DNA of 64,000 nt. Origin: Tubiluchus corallicola (lineage: Eukaryota > Animalia > Priapulida). Shown piece after piece: positions 56,113 to 64,000 of this stretch; within the stretch, counting starts at the first letter, position 1; every line of letters starts with the position of its first letter. Under the pieces are notes generated by a model, which was given only the letters and a program-made list of their open reading frames with translations, was not told the DNA's origin and did not search any database. A program made the translations under genes and the position numbers. The stretch spans positions 14,403-78,402 of the forward strand of contig JAQGDQ010000945.1 of assembly GCA_030141605.1 (NCBI GenBank). The letters run 5' to 3'.

Positions 56113-57095
56113 TCTCTCGTAAGGCAAACCTCGAAGAAAGAAAAGAAAGCTGGAAGGTCAAGAAATAAATCAGGTACTGCAGTTTTGTTATTACATACTT
56201 TTTACTATATGGATAAATTTATCATGTAAGCTATGAGCACGGGGCAGCTGAAAACAGAAATTAGGTACCTTAAGACATCTCTGCATGTTTTTTAACTAGC
56301 AAGTCATATGCAGTCACTGTTTCATCAAAATAACCCATGTATCAATTTCAAGGAGCTTTACTGTGACTCCTATCATTATAAAGTTAAGCTGTGCAGATGA
56401 CTTATGCTTCATTATACATTATTATTATTTTATTATTTGTACATTTAAATGTTTTGTAAGGAGGAACACAGAATCATAAATAAAATTGTTTTAAATTTCT
56501 ATTTCAGACTGGGTTTTTGTAGATCCATTGGGAGAAGGAGGAGATGATATGTACATAGACAGGCTCTTGCTCATCCAGGCCTTGCAGCATGACACAATTC
56601 AGTGGGAGAGGTCACCTAAGAAAAGTAAAAAGGGAAAATGAAAAAAGTTCGAATTATTGACAATAAGTATGCCATATTTACTAAGGCAACAATACTGCCA
56701 GCTTGGTGTACGTTTGCTCAAAACGTGTCTTAAATTCGACGACTCAAGTAGTCAATTTTTTATAAATTGTGGACTATTAGCTATTACTGATTGGAGAGAC
56801 GACTAATGGTGCCTTATTGATTTTGTTCTAAGTTTTATATTATTCCAAGTTTTGAATATAACAGATGCTCACAGTCAAGTGTTATATTGGGTCATACTAA
56901 ATGGCAGCGCGATTGGCTGTGAGGCAGATTACTTGATTCTTTGTGATATGATATAGTATGACATAAGATGATACGACACGGTACTGTATAATATAGTGCA
57001 GTTGTGCTGCACTGCACTATACTGTAATCTAGCAAGTTTTTTAGTATTGTACTGTAATGTGTTCTGTACTGTACTGATACATGATGTTATGATAT

Positions 57096-57570
57096 GTTGT
57101 TGGCATCCTTCTGTCTCGGAAGACAATGGAGTGCGCGTATCCTTGAACCACTGGAGTGGCTCCAGGGCACACACCTGGGCAAGGTGTATGGAGATAATGA
57201 CCTGCCCAGACAACAGGAACCGCCTCTCTTCCTCCCTGATGTAGTCCAAAGGAAAACGGAGCAATACGTTTGGCACCAGGAGCTGCCGGAGTCAGTGAGC
57301 ATGCCGCACTGGTCCGCCTTCGGGGCTCCACTCCTGATTTGGAAGGCTTACTCCTCTACACATGGCCATTGGGTCACTTGACCTCCTCCGCCCTCTAGCC
57401 ATTTGCTGCTTGTGCAGCTCCTAGTGTTGAGATACAGTGTGGGCATCCCGCAAGCCTACAGCACCTGGTATTCCTAGGCGGTCACCCAACGAAGTACTAA
57501 CCAGGCTCTACGTTGCTTAACTTTGGTGATCAGACGAGAACCGGTGTTTTCAACGTGATATGGCGCAGAC
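57096..57570 (-). mobile_element. full-length 5S-rRNA-derived SINE (SINE3-type) with RTE-like 3' end
   Basis: 5S head at 57570-57452; ~355-bp GC-rich body ending ...gtcttccgagacagaaggatgccaacaac; flanked by the 11-bp direct repeat TGTTATGATAT (57085-57095 and 57571-57581). Confidence 0.85.
57452..57570 (-). pseudogene. 5S rRNA-derived sequence (SINE head, not a free 5S gene)
   Basis: GTCTGCGCCATATCACGTTGAAAACACCGGTTCTCGTCTGATCACCAAAGTTAAGCAACG...GGGTGACCGCCTAGGAATACCAGGTGCTGTAGGCTT (119 nt). Box A and box C are recognisable; no oligo-T terminator follows. Confidence 0.88.
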
Positions 57571-57975
57571 TGTTATGATATAGTAGCGTTTTATAAATGG
57601 CATTGCTGTCTTATAAGCCAAACACAATGCAGAAACTTTTGTAAATGCAAGTAAAATATTGTAAACATGATTATATTTACAAAAATGAGACTTAATAAAG
57701 AACTCCACTATATACAATTTCAACAAGATTTAAAATTATAATTATTGCAAGTAAATTACACTAAATTTGACATATTCCCATTGATTTCATATAAATGTGG
57801 GAAGCACAACTTAACTGCTCATTGAACTCAAACAAAAACTAATGTTAATTTTAAACACCAGGGCAAGATATCACATGCACTAGCAAAGCTTCTAGCCATA
57901 AGAATTTAGTGAGGAGAGATCTCTTGGCACTTGTGCCAAAAGCGAGGTGTTTCACTTCACCTCAGAGATTGGCTA

Positions 57976-60518
57976 TCACGTCTCATCTTTGGTTATCTGC
58001 ATCAAAACTAGAACTGCATCAATGCCGTGATTATTGGGACAGCTCAGGACATCGGCTCGCACTCTGGTAAAAAGTTCATTTAGTATTTCCGTTTTCTCTT
58101 CTGACGATCGATCGTTAATCAAAGCTGACCGGAACGTGCCTTCAGACCAACTTCTAACACTGTTGACGTAACTAGAAGCAAACTCCTGAGCTGAAACAGG
58201 AAGAAAATTAATTTTAATATCATTTTAAAATACTACCATATTACATACAATATCTTACAAACCAGGTAAGAATATGACAACTAAAAGCATAAGATAACAA
58301 AGAACATATGTGTGCAGAAGATAACAAAGAACATATGTGTGCACAAGATAACAAAGAACACGTGTGCACAAGATAACAAAGAACATATGTGTGCTTGTAT
58401 AGCAAAATCGTCCATAAGTCGGCCGTTAAGCTTTTCTAGTTATTCACATATCCTGAAGTTGATGCGCAAGCTACGCACTGAAAAATGTAATCATAAGAAA
58501 CATGCTGTTAAAGTCAGTCATTGTTTTTTATCGCATTTCTACAAAACACTTAACAACCGTACAGAAAAGTGTGGTTGCTATGGATTTTACAAGATCAAAT
58601 TGAAGTTATGTTTAAATCCAGTAGATGGCTCTTCCTAACGATGATCTGGTCTTGTCAACAGAAAAAACCCAAAGCAAAATGGCTATTTCCACAAGATGCA
58701 GTTGGAATTTGAAGTTTTTTACACTTGCATGACTAGTTTCTAGACAGAAAACTGGGTAAGGAGTTAGACCAAATTAGATTTTTAGTATTTCTTGGACATT
58801 TTGCCAATAATTTGATGCTAGAATATAAACGTCCAATATATTTAGCATTTGTTTTCATAAGAAAAAAAATATTTGACCAAATTTCTGGTGCTTTCTACTT
58901 TGAAGCATCATAATGTAGTTTTAACTATGCCGACTTATAGACAGTTCTGGTTTACAAGCACACATATCATAATGAGAATAAATTGAGCTGAAACAATTTA
59001 AGCTATAAAAATTGATAAAAATTTTATTCAAATATCAAAGCAATAAAAGAAGTTACTAAAAAAACTTTAATTACATTAATTACGAAATGAAATACAAACA
59101 ATCCGACATCCGTGTGTGCTAAAGCGAAATAAAAAATTGTTTCACAGAATTATTATTTACCTAAATATTTTGCAAAACAAACACTACTTGATTTGCAAAT
59201 CAGAAACAAGAGTTTTGTCTGCCCTGTGCAGTAGTTATGTCAGAAAACCTAAACAATTGCAGAGTGACAACTAACCAATGATCGAGAACAAATCATGCGT
59301 AATTGACGGAAACGGTAGCCTGTGTCACCGTTGCCATAGAACTTTTTTCTGCAAGTGTTTTTTGTTTCTTTCTGTGATGTACTTTCTGTGTGTCTGTGTG
59401 CATACATGTGAAGTAGAGAGAATACAAGATGAGTGCAAAATAAGTCAAACCAAATTTGTTTGATGTTTATTGTTCTCTAACTTTCGTGTGCACTAGGCTT
59501 ATGAGAAAAAAACAATTTTTAAATGTTTATAATTAACAATTTTTAGTAACAAGTTAAATGATTTTCGTAAAGTTCGTCAGACAACAATTAAAGCAATTAG
59601 ATAATGCCAAGCAAAAAAACAACTGAATATACTTTGTGTAACAATACCATAGATATGGTTTGTGTAGATCAAAGATCTTGGTGATTGCTTAGAAGTGTTC
59701 TGCATTATAGACTGTCATGCTGCTCTGATCTTCTTTGTTTAAGTTCCTAATTAGTTTAATAAATACTAATTTATTATGCACGCATTTGTCTGGTTGCTGA
59801 TATTATTGTAGCGTGTAACACTTTGTAGCTTAATTTTATCAAAGTAGTATTCAAAGTTAATCCTGTTCAAAGTATTGAAATTTATAGAAAATAAAATCGA
59901 GTTTCCTGTTCGGAAGAAGTCTTAGCAAACGAACATGTTACTTTGAACAGCATTAACTTTGAATAGTAGTTTGATAAAATTAAGCTACAAAGTATGTTCA
60001 GTTGTTTTTTTGCTCGGCATTATCTAATTGCTTTCATTGTCAATTCAGTGGAAATGAAGCAACTGACAGACTTGTTTTTAAGTTCTCTCTGCGCAGAGGT
60101 TACCAGCTTGGAGGTTCCTAGGTACAATGCGTTCGTTTACTCGGACTTCTTCGGAACAGGAAACTTGATTTTATTTTCTATAAATTTCACACCGATAAGC
60201 AGGCCAGAAATTTACGAAGATGGTCGTGGACGGGCTGTAGAGTCCAACAAGAAACTCCTGCCAAGTTCCACTGCTGTTCCACGTATTAAAACAAGAATGC
60301 TTAACCAAACTTCATGATAAAAGAAGCCACTTACATTCCTCTTCTGATCTGGTACCGGTCAGCCAGCGATCACGTAGTGGACAATAGAAGTACTTTGTGT
60401 TCATTGACATGAGCCGAAGTCCCATTTGATACACAGAGGAATTTCGATCCAGAAACGGTGCTCCGTGTTCCTCCTCTGTGCGATGGTAGGTGCAAAAGAG
60501 CGCACTTCTAAATTCAGC
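57976..60518 (-). CDS. SABATH-family SAM-dependent methyltransferase (Methyltransf_7); last two exons (60518-60335, 58190-57976), 5' exons not found in the window
   Basis: Spliced translation: AEFRSALFCTYHRTEEEHGAPFLDRNSSVYQMGLRLMSMNTKYFYCPLRDRWLTGTRSEEES/QEFASSYVNSVRSWSEGTFRSALINDRSSEEKTEILNELFTRVRADVLSCPNNHGIDAVLVLMQITKDET*. The Y.RT.EE, FA..Y...RSWS, I...F.R and terminal beta-strand+K pattern is the SABATH C-terminal half. Clean phase-1 junction T|gtaag...tttcag|CT; no stops. Confidence 0.82.
58291..58394. repeat. 27-bp minisatellite, ~4 copies
   Basis: Unit aagataacaaagaacatatgtgtgca(c/g). Confidence 0.9.
59820..60189. repeat. nested inverted repeats (A-B'-A'...B)
   Basis: 59820-59874 vs 59939-59993 inverted, 52/55 identical; 59876-59934 vs 60131-60189 inverted, 54/59 identical. 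Confidence 0.9.
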
Positions 60519-60853
60519 CTAGGTAAACAAACCAGAATCAACAGAGCATAATAACAAGAAAACATAAATTTCTGAAGCGACATGTGAACATGTGAAATTT
60601 CTGAAAAGACCTTCATTATGTGGAAAACTTACATACCCAGCGTTCATAAACACTGATTTCTGTTACTAAACCAAAGAAGACAAGAACTTGAATACTTGAA
60701 AGAAGTCTAAACTAGATGAGGCAATGTGATCTCTCTAATAAACGATTTTTTGGCTTTCACACCAGCTTTGTTGCTGACAGTGGTTGAAAAACATGAGCAA
60801 CTAATACTGTAGCTTATTACCTACATTGCTTAGTTCATATGTATCGGGTGGCA

Positions 60854-61027
60854 CTGAAAATGTGCCGAAATTTAGGTTATAACAAGATTAGAAGCAAGTA
60901 CTTATGAAGTTGAAATTTCACATCGTTAGAGCTTTTGGCTGAAAAATGTGGCGAAGTTTAGGTTACAACAAGATTAGAACCAAGTACTTATGAAAGTGAA
61001 AATTCACATCGTTAGAGCTTTTGGCTG
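60854..61027. repeat. ~85-bp tandem duplication
   Basis: ctgaaaatgtg...tttaggtta..acaagattagaa..aagtacttatgaa...cacatcgttagagcttttggctg occurs twice. Confidence 0.9.
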
Positions 61028-61410
61028 TTGGCTACAAGAGTTACAAGTATATGGTTTTAGTAATTCTTCTGTTATGACCAAACAACTTTTGCATGTTAAA
61101 AAATTAAATGCCGGAACAATGTTAACTAAAGTGTGAATGGAAAAACAACCAAACTAATATATAAAGCACTTAACACATGCAATGAAACACAAAAAGAAAC
61201 AGTCGATATATTTGCATCACAGTCTTCATGACAAAAATTAAAACATTTGCAAAGATTTGTTATCTAGAAAAAAAATAGGACTCAGTCCTTCTGGAGTACA
61301 GAAAGTGTATAATGGCCGCATGCAGCCATTACAGAGCTGTTAAACGCAGAGCTGTTAAAGCAAAAATTCTTAAGTGCTGGGACCAAATACCCCTTAAGGA
61401 AGTGAGAAAG

Positions 61411-61774
61411 TGTTGTGGAGATCGCTGACGTCAAGTAGATTTGCATAGAACATCGTAGAATGTTCCGTCGGAATGACCGCCTTAGCGCCTGGATTGTTCT
61501 CGAACATTTGTTCGAGAAGTTTCTGCAGTGCGCTATATAAGGCGAAGCACGCTGCCGACACGGGATCACACAGAGAGCACACAGATCTAACACGGACTTA
61601 TACTTATTCTTGTATACTTACTTAAACGTTTTCCAGATTTTCACGTTTAGTATAATCATTTCTCGTTCCTTCATACTTGTGTTGTAAGAATTCTCGCTCA
61701 ATAAAGTAATAATATTTAACGGCGTCGTTTTCTGGTTTTCTCTACGAGCCTTCCGAGAGAAACAAAAGACAACA
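61411..61774 (+). mobile_element. solo LTR
   Basis: TGTTG...CAACA termini; TATATAA at 61534-61540; AATAAA at 61700-61705; near-TSD GAAAG/GAAAC. Confidence 0.8.
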
Positions 61775-62527
61775 GAAACTGTGCCTGTTGTTGGAGGAAA
61801 TGTCTTCAACAAGTTTATAATCTACTGAAATGGTTGATACATTTATTTTTTTGACTTGTTGTCTGAAAAATTTAGTATGTTTAGAAAACCTACGGAAATG
61901 ATCTAAAATTTTTGATATTTATACAAAAGCATCTGTCACATCTACAACTATAGTGCGGTAATTTTCAAGTGATTCTACCATTTTCTTTCTTTTATAATAT
62001 CCTGATCAAAATTTCAGCACATTTTTTGCACTACTGATAACGGCAAAGTTTTCAATTTTAAACAACTGACCTACATTTCATCGAACAAAAAATAAATAAA
62101 TAAATAAGTAAATACACTTACATCAGTGATATACTTATCATCCCGCAATGACTTCCAATGCTTAGAAAGTACAGAAAATACAGGACATCGAATGCGCTGA
62201 GTTTTGCCAAATGTTTGTTCTTTATGATCCGTCGAGTAATTAAGTAAGACTAATTGACCACCTAAAGAAAACAACAAACCGAAGTTATAGCTAAATAATA
62301 TCACTTTACTTGGTGAATATATTTAAATAAGTTAATGCTAATAATTATACATTATGTCAAAAACAGCAATAAGTTTCGTATGCATAAAAAATAGCCATTT
62401 TTGTTTTCTTTTTTCAGTTTTATTGATGTTTTACGTAGTTTTTTCTGCTTTTCTTGCTACCTGTATTTGCCTAGTTCTAGTTCAGGTAATACTGTTGCAG
62501 TTTTGGTAGCGTGAGTTTACTGTAAAT

Positions 62528-63025
62528 GAGTGGTGGCTCCTGTATAGGTACTGAGGAACTGCAGCACCCCCTATTTCAATTCGATACTATCGATAATATT
62601 CAATATAATTGGTCTTTTTTCTTTAGTTCTTGCTTGTGCACAACCAGAGCACGTGAAGGTAGTACTGTTTGTTTCACAGTTCGGCAGAGTGATGTGTTCG
62701 GCTGTTGAGCGCATGCAGCCATGTGCACATGTCTGAGATGACACGCTTTACCCTCCACTGCTAGCGTCTGCTGCCAAATTGAGAAAGTACTGATGCTCAC
62801 ACAGGTTGTTGCCAGTTGTCACATGTTTACCACGAATGGATCAAACTTGAACTGCGACAATTTAGGCTATTAGTAAACAAAAAATTTTTTTGATTAAGAT
62901 TTTATGAAGTTTATGTATAAACTTTCGTATGTTTAAAATTACTATTACAAATTACAACATTAAAATTACATATGTTTGTTTCATTTTACACAGTATTAAA
63001 ACAATGACTAAAATTTTTCAGAGGA
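62528..63025 (+). mobile_element. longer, 3'-truncated relative of the 19315 hAT MITE
   Basis: gagtggtggctcctgtataggtactgaggaactgcagcaccccctattt matches 19315-19363; ttgtttcattttacacagtattaaaacaatg matches ~19430-19460; ~300 bp of extra internal sequence. Confidence 0.65.
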
Positions 63026-63288
63026 TTAAAAGATTAATAGAAATTTACCAATTCATTTTACAGAACAATACACTGCCAAGTAATGTACTATACTCTTAGT
63101 AATATTGTTGTCTGTATTTACTAGCATGTAAAAGATTCTGCACATTTGCCAGTGTCTGCTCTCCCATTACAATGAGCGTTTATACATGTGTAGAATTAAA
63201 ATGATAAGAAGAAACACATGTATACAGTGCTAGACAATAATTAACTAATCATTAAAACTTGTGCTGGCATAGCAAACTTAGTACTAAC

Positions 63289-63629
63289 TGTTGTGTTTTG
63301 TTTCTCTCGGAAGGCTCATAGAGAAACCAGAAAACTTGTCGTCGAATTAAACTAGTTTATTATACGAGAATTCTACAACACAAAAGTATGAAGGAACGCA
63401 AAATGTTTACAGCAAATGTGACAATCTGGAAACGTGAAAGCATATCTGAGAATTTGAGAATACGAGGATACAAGAGAATAAACTTCAGCGGCCAGCTCCG
63501 CCTTATCAGTGCCAGGGAACAATCTAGAAATAGAAAGTTCTCAAAACTTCTACAAAGTAAGAAGATTGTTCTACTATACAATAAAACATTCTACAATATT
63601 CTATTTAATTCTAGTCGATCTCCACAACA
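63289..63629 (-). mobile_element. solo LTR, same family as 61411-61774, opposite orientation
   Basis: Reverse strand starts tgttgtggagatcg and ends gagccttccgagagaaacaaaacacaaca, like the other copy; perfect 5-bp TSD CTAAC. Confidence 0.85.
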
Positions 63630-64000
63630 CTAACATACTCCAGTTGTTTTTAAGTTCATAAACTGAAAACCTGACATTAAACAAAGAAGACTAAAGGTGG
63701 TGCAAGAGGCCCAAATTTACACTACATACTTATGTACAAGTCCAATTTTTGGGAGGCGATTTTAAGGTGAAATTTTTGGGGTCGATTTATACTTATGATA
63801 TGTTTTTTGGGAGATGTCGCTAAAGAGTTGTCTACTATACGAATATGTAAAGAAATAATCCTTCATTATACGCTGGACTGAATGAACACTCATACTGTGA
63901 CCCTTAGCATTACAAACAATTATGTATGATGAAAGGCCAGGTTGCATTATCATGGATTGCATTGAGGGCCCTCAACATGAACACACACCCACACCCACAC

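Noticed and set aside
57452-57570. Functional 5S rRNA gene
   Set aside because: Several substitutions, no oligo-T terminator, and it lies within a TSD-flanked retroposon.
58291-58394. CRISPR-like array
   Set aside because: Contiguous tandem units without unique spacers, in a eukaryotic intron.
61282-61593. Minus-strand ORFs as further methyltransferase exons
   Set aside because: No SABATH motifs; the GC-rich region is a solo LTR.

Overview
AT-rich, intron-rich and microsatellite-rich genomic DNA from an invertebrate animal. The taxon cannot be fixed from this sequence; a lophotrochozoan is a guess. I spliced four genes by hand using GT-AG sites and phase checks. (1) 4686-32916 (+): a 26-coding-exon, ~1960-aa MyRIP/melanophilin-type Rab27 effector. 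Its N-terminal Slp-homology/zinc-finger domain is joined to two intracellular I-set Ig domains and a titin-PEVK-like 17-aa repeat. (2) 37166-41330 (+): a two-exon, divergent GT31 galactosyltransferase-like type II membrane protein. (3) 44198-43331 (-): a two-exon, 80-aa secreted Tyr/Arg/Pro-rich orphan peptide. (4) 60518-57976 (-): the last two exons of a SABATH-family (Methyltransf_7) SAM-dependent methyltransferase that the ORF track misses entirely. Mobile DNA includes a full-length 5S-rRNA-derived SINE with an RTE-like tail and an 11-bp TSD, four tRNA-headed MetaSINE-like copies, two related solo LTRs, a hAT MITE with an 8-bp TSD, decayed LINE and gypsy fragments, and many microsatellites. 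Family assignments come from recalled motifs, not from database searches.
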